Source: Azolla caroliniana (Eukaryota; Plantae; Polypodiophyta). Taken from it: DNA of 64,000 nucleotides. Below the pieces are notes generated by a model. It was not told where the DNA came from and made no database searches. It was given only the letters and a program-made list of their open reading frames with translations. The DNA lies in contig JBHGNT010000009.1 in NCBI GenBank assembly GCA_043228905.1, positions 5,642,001 to 5,706,000 of the forward strand, in the 5' to 3' direction. Of this stretch, positions 25,709 through 37,398 are shown in pieces. How positions within the stretch are numbered: the first letter of the stretch is position 1; each line of letters opens with the position of its first letter. The position numbers and the translations under genes were made by a program.

Positions 25709-27195
25709 ATGTGCAAGGTTGGGTTGTATAACTTGGATGAATGGATGCGGCCAAGTTATTCAAATAGTGTTTTTCTCACCAACATTATTTGGTCTATGCA
25801 TTGATGAATTAGAAGAAATGGTTACCAAGTTTGTAAAGGAAGAATGTGTTGAAGAAGTTGCCATTGGGAATGTTGTGATTATGCTTTTGTTATATGCGGA
25901 TGATGTAGTGCTTTTTGCAAATACTTCAGGAGAAGCACAAAAGCTTATGACGGCATTGGAATTTTTTTGCATGCATACTAGATTAAGTGTCAATAGTTCT
26001 AAAACAAAGATTATGCTTGTGAAGAGTCAAAAAAGAGATAAACCATGCAGTATGTACAACAATGAGCCACTTGAATATGTGGAAAGCTTCAAATATCGTG
26101 GCCTTGAAGTTCCTTCAAATCATAAATGTAATGAATGTGCTACACGCCGCTTAGAGGCGGGTAAGAGAGCATATTATGCATTTGAGAACACATGCAATCT
26201 TGGAGATATTAAGTGTTGGGTCCTCAAGAAATATCTTTTTGACACTTTGGTGACCCCGGTTCTTCTCTATGGGGTGGAAGTATGGGGCGGTAGCATCCCT
26301 AAATCTACGTGGAAAGAGTTTGAAAATGTCCAAAAACATTTTCTTACAAAGTTTCTACAAGTTAAGAAACAAACGCCCTACACCCTCCTCCTCCTTGAGA
26401 CAGGATCGCTTCCCATTGAGATCATGGTCATGGAAAGGGTTGTTGAATACATGCTTAAGGTTCAAAAAAGCCCCTCACATCGACTTCCTAGAATTCCATG
26501 GGAAGCAAGCAAAAAGATCCAAAAGACGCATAAAAGCAAAATTTTGTGTTCCAGTTGGATGCAAGATATAGAAAAATGGTTTGGTAGATGGGATGCAAGA
26601 CACTTGCTTCATGATGCATCACTAGATTCCTCTGTAAATGAGGCCTTTTTGCAATGCCAATGTGTCATGACATGGGACAAATGTGGTGGTTCACGCTTCA
26701 CACATTATACTACAAATGTTGCACCTAACTACAAAACCATATTCTTCGCGGAACGGGGAAGTCGTACACATCGATACATGTTAGAGCCCATCCCGATATC
26801 TGCCATTCGAACCATTGCTTCCATGCGACTTAGCTCGCACACATTGAGATGTGAGACGGGGCGTTGGGGCACAAGTGATGAGAGTGGCCGACTATGCACA
26901 CTTTGCCCTAAACAAGTTCGAGAGACTGAGTATCACACTTTGGTACAATGCTCTGCCTTTGATCATATTCGACCATGCTTTCCACATCTCTTCAATCGAA
27001 CCCAATCCTTGCACGAATTTCGGTCACAACCACAATGTGCACTCTCGATTGCAACATTCATTGGTAAAGTTCTTGACATCGAGAGTCGCTACTCACCTTC
27101 ACACATATCACGTGAAATGTAATATTTTTGGTCTCATAGGTCATATTTGACCTCCGAAGACGATAATATAATCTATCTATCTATCTATCTATCTC
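25709..27195 (+). mobile_element. 5'-truncated non-LTR retrotransposon (RTE/RTEX-like LINE) inserted in a (CT)n tract of the K LTR
   Basis: RT motifs SPTLF, LLYADD, FKYxG; C-terminal RLSSHTLRCETGRW..CTLC..ETEYHTLVQC; (ATCT)n tail at about 27170-27193. Confidence 0.9.
25770..27122 (+). CDS. LINE ORF2 C-terminal part (RT, thumb, zinc-binding tail), uninterrupted
   Basis: Part of the 521-aa ORF; the first about 70 aa are read from host LTR and an unexplained segment, not from recognisable RT. Confidence 0.8.
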   Translation, partial: FFSPTLFGLCIDELEEMVTKFVKEECVEEVAIGNVVIMLLLYADDVVLFANTSGEAQKLMTALEFFCMHTRLSVNSSKTKIMLVKSQKRDKPCSMYNNEPLEYVESFKYRGLEVPSNHKCNECATRRLEAGKRAYYAFENTCNLGDIKCWVLKKYLFDTLVTPVLLYGVEVWGGSIPKSTWKEFENVQKHFLTKFLQVKKQTPYTLLLLETGSLPIEIMVMERVVEYMLKVQKSPSHRLPRIPWEASKKIQKTHKSKILCSSWMQDIEKWFGRWDARHLLHDASLDSSVNEAFLQCQCVMTWDKCGGSRFTHYTTNVAPNYKTIFFAERGSRTHRYMLEPIPISAIRTIASMRLSSHTLRCETGRWGTSDESGRLCTLCPKQVRETEYHTLVQCSAFDHIRPCFPHLFNRTQSLHEFRSQPQCALSIATFIGKVLDIESRYSPSHISREM

Positions 27196-28191
27196 TCCCT
27201 CCCTCCCTCCCTCTCTCTCTCTCTTCTCTAACCCCAATAGAGGAACATTCACTATTCTATTCTACTCTATTCTCAGCACACACTTCTGTTTGCCCTAGGT
27301 GTATTTATACTAATACACAGAATGAGCTATTTACAATCATGAGTATTATTATTATCTAATAATATTAATGGTCTTACTAATTGTTAATAATTAGGTAACT
27401 AAGCAAGGGTTAATTAGTACCTAATTATGTGATTAAGTTAAGCGGAAGATTAAGTGATATGTGTGTGTATGTGTGTGAGAGGAAGAGAGAGAGAAGTACG
27501 CTTATGAGCAACACAAGATGGGGGATGATTAACTCTATATTAAATTAGCATTATCATCATCAAATACAAAAATACCCACAATGATGTATATATAGATCTC
27601 ATGTGCAAGGGTGCACATGTGTGAGGAGAATATAGGTACAAGGGTGTAAGTCCTATATTAAATGTACTTGGGAGTGGAGGATCTAGAATATCCCACTTAA
27701 GTACAAGGTCCTATTAAAGGCGTTATAGTCAACACTTCTAACTAGATTCTATCTAGGTAACTACGAAGTTACATGGTTGACTAACTAACTAAACTAACTT
27801 GAGCTTGATCTCTCAACACCCCCCCTCAAGCTCATGTGTGAGGTGCCTAACATCCGCTTTGGCTTTCGTCGGCTTCGTGTGCTACCGTCCCGCCTTCGAC
27901 CTTCTTCGTCGTGGCAATCTCAGTTCCTCCCCCTCAAGTCGGTGATGAAGGCTTGTAGTGTGTGGGCGAATGTCGACTACTTCAACCCATCGTGGGTTAC
28001 GAGCCGCTTCGGTTGAGCTCTTGGGCTCTTGTTCGGCCGCTACCTTCATCACGAAGGCATAGTGATGGGCCATGTAGTTGTTGTAGCCGAGCTGAGTGAT
28101 GAGATTCTTCTCTCTAGAAGAGCGTCGAAGTTTTTCACTCGCCGATGTGAGCGCATAATGGAAACGCATTGTCTGGTGAGGGAGCTGTCAT

Positions 28192-28261
28192 GATATAGCA
28201 AGACGTGAACCCATGACCTTATGTTACATGGGTCGAGCTCTTACCATTAGGCTATATATTA
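28192..28261 (-). promoter_or_regulatory. tRNA-like A/B-box module at LTR 5' end of element D
   Basis: A box TAGCCTAATGG (28254-28244), B-like box GGTTCACGTC (28211-28202), spacing 43 nt. Confidence 0.7.
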
Positions 28262-28646
28262 TAATACTAAGGATATTATTTTCATTTAAATTTTACTATA
28301 GAAAATTGATGTATATTCCAGATTTCTCTGGAACATTCTAGAAACTTCAGGAGTACTCCTGAGAACACTATAAAAGGAGGCACAAGGCATTATTTCGAAC
28401 CAAATCGGTATATTATAATACTAAGGATATTATTTTCATTTTTTCTCTGGAACATTCTAGAAACTTCAGGAGTACTCCTGAGAACACTATAAAAGGAGGC
28501 ACAAGGCATTATTTCGAACCAAATCGGTATATTATAATACTAAGGATATTATTTTCATTTTTTCTCTGGAACATTCTAGAAACTTCAGGAGTACTCCTGA
28601 GAACACTATAAAAGGAGGCACAAGGCATTATTTCGAACCAAATCGG
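28255..28646 (+). repeat. Triplicated TATA-containing LTR segment (119-bp unit)
   Basis: 28409-28527 and 28528-28646 identical; first copy has about 35 extra bp. Confidence 0.92.
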
Positions 28647-31600
28647 TTCAATGCCAATCTTATGCCTCCTAGCTATCCTTGTACATTTTTTCACATAATA
28701 TATCGTTATTATCATCATTCTCTCTCTCTCTCTCTCTCCTTTTCTCGACTGTTCTACACCCTCTTTTCTTCTTAGTATTAATCTGCATCTCTTAGTACTA
28801 CTTTATCTCTGTTTCAGTACTATTCCTAACAGCTTGAATTGATTTTGCATCTCTTTACTCTTCCTTTTATCTTCTTACGTTTCTCTCCCTTCATACTAAT
28901 ATCTTATTCTTCTTTCATCTCATCCTATGGACATTGTTAGCGCTCAAGAATATCAATCTGTTTTCTTAGAGCTGCAATGCTTGAAAGAGAAGTTCCGTGC
29001 TTTGGAACAAGAAAATCAACGGTTGTTGGGGGATCTTCAACAAATATCCTTAGAAACACAGTTGACGCAACAACAACATGAGGAACTAGCGGTACGCGTG
29101 CAACTCGAAGCAACCATAGTAGCGATGCAACAAGAAGGACCCACTACGCAAGGGATTCATAAAGAACCCAAGATCGGCCTTCCCATGAAATTCGATGGAA
29201 CGCGATCATAGTTTAGATGGTTCCTTAATCAGGTACGATTAGTCATTCAAATGCATCCTTCTCGATATCCCACCGATGCATCACGAGCAAGACTAGTAGG
29301 CACTTTACTTAGTGGCACGGTTTTGGCACGGTTTGCCTCCTTGTTAGAAAAACGCTCTCCCTTGTTAAATAATTTCGAAGAATTTATTACTGAGTTTAAA
29401 ACCTGTTTTGGAGATACCGACAGTGTTATAACAGCAATCAACAAAATTCGGAGATTGCGCCAAGGTGAGCGGCCGACCTCATCTTATGCTACGGATTTCC
29501 GTCTTCTCGCCACCGATATTCCTTGGGATGAGCAGGCATTAATGGAGCAATTTCGTTTACCCTACGTAATGATGTTAAAGATTTACTCTTAACTTTCCCC
29601 GAGGAGCAAAAGTCATTGACAGTCTAAGCAATCAGTCGTGCGGTGCGATGCGATAACCGCCTCTTCGAACAACGTTCAGAACGTCAGTTCCAAATGCCAA
29701 GGACAAAATCAGAGCCCACCTATGCTTCAATCGTAGCAAATCCTTTCCCAAGGGAGTCATTCTATATATCTTCAACAAATACTCCGACTCCAATGGAAAT
29801 CAACACCACATGTCGTCGCGGAGCACTATCGGAAGAAGAAAAGCAGTGACGCATGGCAAATCGATTATGCCTTTATTGTGGTGGACCGGGGCATATTGCA
29901 ATGAACTGTCCCCATCGGCCGAAAAGGCAGGTAAATCAAATAACCGTTAGTACTAATAATACTAAACCCGAGTCTATTCCTCTAGGTGTGTTTGATAGTC
30001 CTAATAGCCCAAGCCTTTCAAATAAATTTGAAATCCTTAGTCAACTAGAAGAAGAGTTAAATGATTAATTCCAGCCAAAATAGGAGTTGTTTGGTTGGAC
30101 AACCCTAGATCTGTGCAACCCATTAGTGGTTCCATTTCCTCTAAGCAAGTTAGCAATGTGTTCTTAACTCAAGTAATGGTTAGTACTAAAAGTACTCCTC
30201 CAGTACATGTCCTAGCACTCTTAGATTCCGGAGCCAACTCTTGCTTCATGGATAGGAATTTTGCCCAAGCTCATCAGATATCCGTAAAAAACTACCGTGT
30301 CTAGCCTCTGTAGTAGTCATTGATGGTCATCCCATTGCTTCCGGAAATATTATAGAAGAGTCAAAACCCGTTAATATTGTCCTAGATAACTTAGCGTGTG
30401 TAATATCATTTAATATAATTAATATCCCAAAATATCCCATTGTTTTGGGATTACCATGGTTCGAATTACATAACCCACACATAGATTAGAGAACAAGAGA
30501 AATATGGTGTCGACAAACCCGAGTATCTACTGATAAGATTGCAACCATTTCGTTGCATCAATTGCATGAGAAAGGACGCAAGGAAGAAATGTTTCTCTTT
30601 GCAATATTAGTAAAACCCTCCAGTATCAATAAAGAGGAGTCCACCGTTCAACTTCCATAGAAGTATCGTCATTATGCCGATGTGTTTGATAAAGTACAAG
30701 CCAATACGCTTCCTCACCATCGACCGTATGATTGCCCCATCGATTTACAACCGGGAAAAGAGCCACCATGGGGACCGATCTACAATTTGTCACCAACCGA
30801 GCTAGAAGTCCTTTGAGCCTATATAGAGGATAATTTGGCAAATGGTTTCATTTGACATTCGAAATCTCCAGCCGGCGCACCCATTTTCTTCGTCAAGAAA
30901 AAGGATAGATTACCATGGATTGAATAAATTCACCATCAGGAATAGGTATGTGCTTCCCCTTATCTCAAGTCTTTTAGAATGGATCAATGGTGCAAGGTTC
31001 TTCACAAAGATCGACTTACGAGGAGCATATAACCTCGTATGAATCCGACCAGGAGATGAATGGAAGACTGCGTTTCGCACCAGATATGGGCACTTTGAGT
31101 ATACGGCCATGCCATTCGGCCTCACTAATGCGCAGGCAGTCTTCCAGCACATGACAAATGATATGTTCCGAGATCTCTTGGATGATTTTTTGATCATATA
31201 TTTGGATGATCTACTGATTCTCATGTGGAACACTATAAAAGGAGGCACAAGGCATTATTTCGAACCAAATTGGTTCAACGCCAGTCTTAAGCCTCCTAGC
31301 TATCCTTGTACATTCACATAATATATCGTTATTATCATCATTCTCTCTCTCTCTCTCTCAATCTCTCTTCTTAGTACTAATCTGCATCTCTTAGTACTAA
31401 TTTATCTCTGTTTCAGTACTATTCCTAACAAGAGCCGACACATCCAAATCACTCTCGTCGGGGTGGTCGTCTTCGTATTCGGGCATCTTACCTTTGCCTT
31501 TTTCCGAGGTCGTACTTGGCCGCAACGTGCTTGGGTCGCATGGGGGCTCTTGTGGCCAACTAGGCCTTCATGTAATCGGACTTTCTTCGAACATGTGTTC

Positions 31601-34600
31601 ATAGCGATCTCCATCTTCAACCTCTTGTTTGGCGGATTCCGGGTCGAGCGGAGTCGGAGTCGAAGTTGTCTCTGGTGCGTACCAAGATGCGGACTCGTTG
31701 AAGACTACGTCTCGACTTACCCAAACCGCTCAGGGAGAAGGGTTGTAGCACTTGTATGCTTTCTTCTCGGATGAGTATCCTATGAGGATACATTCCTCCA
31801 ACTTTGCACCGGGCTTCTGTCGTTGTTCGTTCGGGATGCGTACATTCGCAATGCTTCCAAACACCTTGAGGTGTGACAAGATCGGCTTCCTTCCGGCGAG
31901 GAGCTCGTATGGAGTTAGCTCATGCACACCATTAGTGGTGCATCGATTATGAGATAGACGGCCGTGGATGCCACTTCGGCCCAATATAAATTTGGCATGT
32001 GCTTCTCATGCATCATGGCGCGTGCTACCTTGAGTATTTGCTAATTCTTCCTTTCGGCTACTCCATTTTATTGGGGTATGTGTCGGCACGAGAAATCTCT
32101 CCGAATTCCTTCACTTTGGAGGTAGGAGGTGAATTCATTGGAGAAGTACTCCTTGCCTCGATCTGATCGTAGGCATCGAATGTGCTGACCGGTTTCTTTT
32201 TCGACTTGGCCCTTGAGCTTTTGGAAGTGGGAGAACACTTCACTCTTCTTCTTCATCGGGAAGATCCACGTGTAGCGCGATTAGTCGTCGGTGAAGGTGA
32301 CGTAGAATCGGCATCCGCCGATCGTTGGTGTTTGAACCGGTCCCCCTACATCCGAGTGTATGATATCCAGGAGGTCTTTTCTCGTGTGGTTCTCCTTCGG
32401 AAATGGGAGTCGATATTGTTTATCGAGTTGACACGCTTCGCATACTCGGTCGACTCGTTTCAACTCGAATGTCGGAAGTCCGATGACGACTCCCTTTGAT
32501 TGCATAGCTCGGAGCCGTTGGAGGTTTATGTGGCCGATTCTCTTGTGTCACAACTCGATGCTAATCTCGGTTTTGAGACCTTTAGTGTACATTGCCGATT
32601 TCACCTTGTTCGAATCGAGGATGAACATTCGACCATCTCTCTGCCCCCTAGCTATGAGTTGGCCATCTTTCTCGATGAAGAATCCTTCGTTGTTGAAGCG
32701 GACTTGCATGCATTGCTCCACGATTTGGCCGACGGAGACCAAATTCTTCGTTATTGTGGGCACATGCAAGACATTCTTGATGCAAGTTTGCTTGCCTTCT
32801 TTCCTGAATGGGACATTGCCGATGTGCAGAATGGGATGTGTGGTGTCGTCTCCCATATCTATGAAGCCGGGTTGGTCCGGCGTTCGTAGTCATGAAACCA
32901 CTCTTGGTGTGACGTTATATGATGTGAGGTGCCGGAGTCGACGAACCACGCGTCTTCCGAGTTGGAGGTGCTTGTGAAGTCGGAGGCCGACATAGAGTTC
33001 ACTCTATGCTTCATTACGAATAGTCCGCCGTAGTCGTCGTATTCGGAGTTGGCAACGTAATTCGTGAGTTGTCGACTTGTCGAAGCCGACTCCCTTCTTC
33101 TTTTTCGGTACTCCTCCTTGCGGTGGCTGATTTTTCCGCAATAGTTCCAAGTTGCGGGCGTCATTTGCCGACCTTGTTCGGCATGGAAGCTTCCCTTTCT
33201 TCCGAAGGTTCCTTGATGGCTTCCATCTTGTTGTCGAAAGTTTGAGTTCCCTTCGTGTGATGGGTCGAATCGACCTCTTCTACCCCCTCGACCTCATCCT
33301 CGGCCACCATCCGAACTTGAGAAGAACATTTGTCCTTCCAATATCTTGGTTTTGCTTTGGACGTGGTTCTCTTCAACCATTAGCATTGATTGAAGGTCGA
33401 AGAATGAAGGAGGATTTTCCTCTCGCCAAGATTGCCGTCCTCAACGAGTCGAATCGTTGTGCAAGGCCGCCCAAGAATACTTGAACCATCTCGTCTTTGT
33501 CGACGTTTACTTTGATGGAGCCAAACGAGTTGCAAATGCTCTTGATCCTGGCGGTGTAGTCCGACATAGACATGTCTTTTTGCCGAATGTCGTTCAACTC
33601 TTGTCGGAGTTGAAGCTTTCGGGCAGTTGTGTTGGCAGTGAACATTTTCTTTAAGTTTTGCCCATGCTTCTTTAGGCGTCTTCGCGTCTCGAATGTGGCT
33701 AAGCATGTGGTTGTGGACACATGTTGCCAAGCAATACATGAATCGACTCGTAACTTGCTCCCATGTTGCGTAGTCGGCGTTCTTGTGCGCCTTTTATGTA
33801 GCTCCAATACCCTTGGTTGACAAGGTATTGGGTCATCTTGTACTCCCAAGATGAATAATTGCTCCGGTCTAGCTTTTCACTAGGGAGCGATTTGCCCATT
33901 TGTGTGTGCATTTTGATGTAGTGTCTTCCGTTTTGCTTTTCTTCCTTTGATCACATACTCGTGCTACGTAGCGGCACTACAGTAGCGGATAGCCGGAATT
34001 TTTCGTCGGCGTTTCTAACAAACAATTATGAAGAGGCTGATGAGCTTAGTGGATGTGCTAAACCACACGCTCTGATACCATGTTAATAATTAGGTAATTA
34101 AGCAAGGGTTAATTAGTACCTAATTATGTGATTAAGTTAAGCGGAAGATTAAGTGATATGTGTGTGTAGGTGTGTGAGAGGAAGAGGGAGAGAAGTACAC
34201 TTATGAGCAACACAAGATGGGGTATGATTAACTCTATGTTAAATTAGCATTATCATCATCAAATACCCACAATGAGGTATATATAGATCTCATGCGCAAG
34301 GGTGCACATGTGTGAGGAGAATATAGGTACAAGGGTGTAAGTCCTATATTAAATGTACTTGCGAGTGGAGGATCTAGAATATCCCACTTAAGTACAAGGT
34401 CCTATTTAAGGCGTTATAGTCAACACTTCTAACTAGATTCTATCTAGATAATTATGAAGTTACATGGTTGACTAACTAACTAAACTAACTCGAGTTTGAT
34501 CTCTCAACACTAATCTGCCGACTCATCCATCAATAGGTAGGTCGGTCCGACTAGTCGTCCTGGTCATCGATCATCCGGTCAACCTGACTAGCCATTTGCA

Positions 34601-36042
34601 TCTTTATCTCAATTAGCTCTTGTCAACTCTCCATGTCGGCTCTCTTAGAATCGACTCCTCGATTGTTGGCTCTCATCCAACCAGTCATCTTCTTCCTCTC
34701 TTCGAATGTTGACTCTCTCCAAGTAGTCAGCTCCTCCCACTAGAGGGACATATTCCTAACAAACTCCCCCTTCGCTCCAATGGGGAGGGGTCCGTTATTC
34801 ATGTCCTCTGTTGACAAACTCTGAATATGTCCATCGGTAGGTTTTTTGTCAGCATGTCGGATCCATTGTCATCAGTATGGATCTTAACAAGTGCAAACTC
34901 TCCTTCGTGCACTTTCTCCCATAACCAATGATATCTCCTCTGTATATGTTTCGTTCAGGAGTGGTACGCAACATTCTTGGCTAGATGTATGGCACTCTGG
35001 CTATCACAATGAAGCAAGAACTCCCTTTGCTTCATCCCCAACTCACTAAGAAAATTTCTCATCCGGATTATCTCTTCGTCGGCCTCTACCGTTGCCATGT
35101 ACTCTGCCTCTATGGTTGACAAGGCCACAAACTTCTGTAGTCGTGACTACCACGACACGACTCCTCTTGCATAGTTCATCATGTACCCTGAAGTGGATCG
35201 ACTTGAATCTACATCCCCCGACATGTCCGAGTTGGTAAACCCTTCGAGCATGGGTTTTCCAAGACCATACCTTAGGCATACCCCTGAGGTTCCTTTTAAG
35301 TACCTGAGTATCCACTTCAACACTGTTGAGTGTTCTCTTCCTGAATTACACATGTATCAAGTTATTGTTCCCACAACAAAAGCTATGTTTGGTCTCGTGC
35401 AGACCATAGCATACATTAGACTGTCAACGGCTGAGGCATATGGTACTTTCCTCATCTCAACCTTTTCTTTCTCCCCTCTTGGGCATTGCTTTGCATTTAA
35501 CTTGCAGTTTGTCAACAACATTGAGCTGACTGGCTTTGCTTCCGACATGTTGAACCTTTCTAGGATCTTTGTCACATACTTTTGTTGTGACAACCACAAC
35601 ACTTTCTTAGTTCTATCCCGGACTATGTGCATCCCCAAGATCTATTTAGCCGATCCAAGATCTTTCATGGCAAATAATTTTCCTAGAGCTTTGTTGAGAT
35701 ACAAGCTCAACATTGGTCGGACCGGTTGTGCAAGCCGAGAACCGGATTGGTTGGGATCGATCGGTTAGGCCGTACCGGTGCGTAAATTGGGTGCGTTAAC
35801 TGGTGCGCAATGAGAAGGCGTAGCGGTGCGTAAATCGCAAGGCCGTTGGAAAGATATTTCGCGTAGGAGTATATTTTGGGAGTTAGTGTAGAGCTCAGTT
35901 ATGAGCATGAGCATTGAAGTACGTGTCAATACTTCTGTTAGTCTGTATGGACTTGTATAAAAGTGCTCACTGAGCACATCCTATGTACAGACTGAGTATT
36001 ATTTTTTTGAATTGAGTTTTGTGTGCACTTTCTCTCTCTCTC

Positions 36043-36086
<44 letters not shown>

Positions 36087-36988
36087 CCCCACGTATTGTG
36101 CATATTCAAGCTCTCCATTAAACCTGTGTTTCTGTGTTCGGTTTTCTATTGCTTCCGCACGTTATTCTTTTTACATGGTATCAGAGCACGAGGGGTGAGA
36201 ACCTCTACAGCCGACCTTAGCTCAATGAAGAAAACCTAACCTTCGTAAAAAATAGGGAAAAAAAAAAGGATAGAGGCATGGCTAGCTCGCTTCCAACAGA
36301 GAAGCTCAATACAAACAACTACACGTCTTGGTCTTACAAGATGCACCAGTACTTGCTCAGGCACGGTTACTGGAGCTATGTCGACGGAGCAAATGACACA
36401 TTACCCGATTCGACACACATAGATTTCCTAGCGTGGGAACAGTTAGCGAGCAGAGTCCTCTACTGCTTCGCGTCTGGTGTGGGCGAACAACTTCTAAGCT
36501 ACATTTGGGATGCAAAAACGCCAAAAGATGCTTGGGGAAATCTGAAGAAGATTTTCGCCGCAAGCACCACAGCTAGGAAGCTTCAACTCCGACAGGAGCT
36601 GAGCAACTTATGACAACGCGACTTGCCGATGGCTGATTACACCTTGAAGATCAAAGAGATATGTGACTCCTTAGCCTCTATCGATGTGAACGTCAAGGAA
36701 GGCGAGATGGTGCAGATCTATCTCAGGGGACTGGCGTCAACGTTCGAAGCGTTCCAAACTGCTGTGTGTACACGGGAGAATACGTCGTCGTTTTTCGACC
36801 TATAGTCGATGCTCCTTATAGAGGAGAACCACGCGGGTGCATGGACAAGCACGCATGCCGACAACAAGATGTTGTACATGGAGGAAGATAGGTCCCGTGG
36901 TCGTGGCGGACGAGGCGAGTCGGTGCGCAATGGAAGCGACTGACAGGATCAAAGAAGAAGGCACTGGAGTGATGCCGACAACAATTCC

Positions 36989-37398
36989 AAAAACCATGGG
37001 TGAACAGATTTCTTCACTATACAAGTGGATATACAACACAGAGATGATTACAACACTCTCTGTCGAGTGCATCAGCCGCACAGGGCTCTTCACGTCTATT
37101 GTTACACACACAGCTATGCCGCGGCTCTCACTCACACACTCTCTCTCTCTCACGCTCTCCTGCACACTACACAGTTTCCACACAATTCTTCACGCTCCTA
37201 AAAGTTTTCCCTAGTTGCATATATACTTACGCAACTTTCCGATTATTTACATACGTAGCCCTCATGTGGCGCACACTTAGACTATTTATAAATATAGTCT
37301 CCCGAGTTAGCTATACTCGGCTCCTGTTTTCCGACTCTTCGATTGTCGGCTTTTCGAACAGTCGAATCATCCTCCCACTAGAGGGACATATCCCAACA
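36989..37398 (-). mobile_element. Partial copia LTR (K-like) replacing AP/INT core of L
   Basis: Ends ACTAGAGGGACATATCCCAACA like the K LTR end; L gag and INT tail flank it directly. Confidence 0.7.

Larger units (their letters stand above)
28186..31430 (+). mobile_element. Tcn1/Tf1-like chromoviral gypsy, internally deleted [element D]
   Basis: 5' LTR 28186-28831; gag, LLDSGA protease and RT up to YLDD, fused at about 31228 to a partial 3' LTR; TSD GGAGC/AGAGC; homologous to 48577-54279. Confidence 0.92.
27382..34509 (-). mobile_element. Ty1/copia element lacking RT/RNaseH [element C]
   Basis: LTRs 34081-34509 and 27382-27818; perfect TSD CTAAT; PBS 34069-34080 abutting the LTR; gag, DSGTS protease and INT fragments; RT deleted near 27960. 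Confidence 0.93.

Noticed and set aside
25557-25770. Chimeric host gene or N-terminal extension of the LINE ORF
   Set aside because: Fortuitous read-through from the antisense copia LTR and CT microsatellite; similar text at 47292-47591
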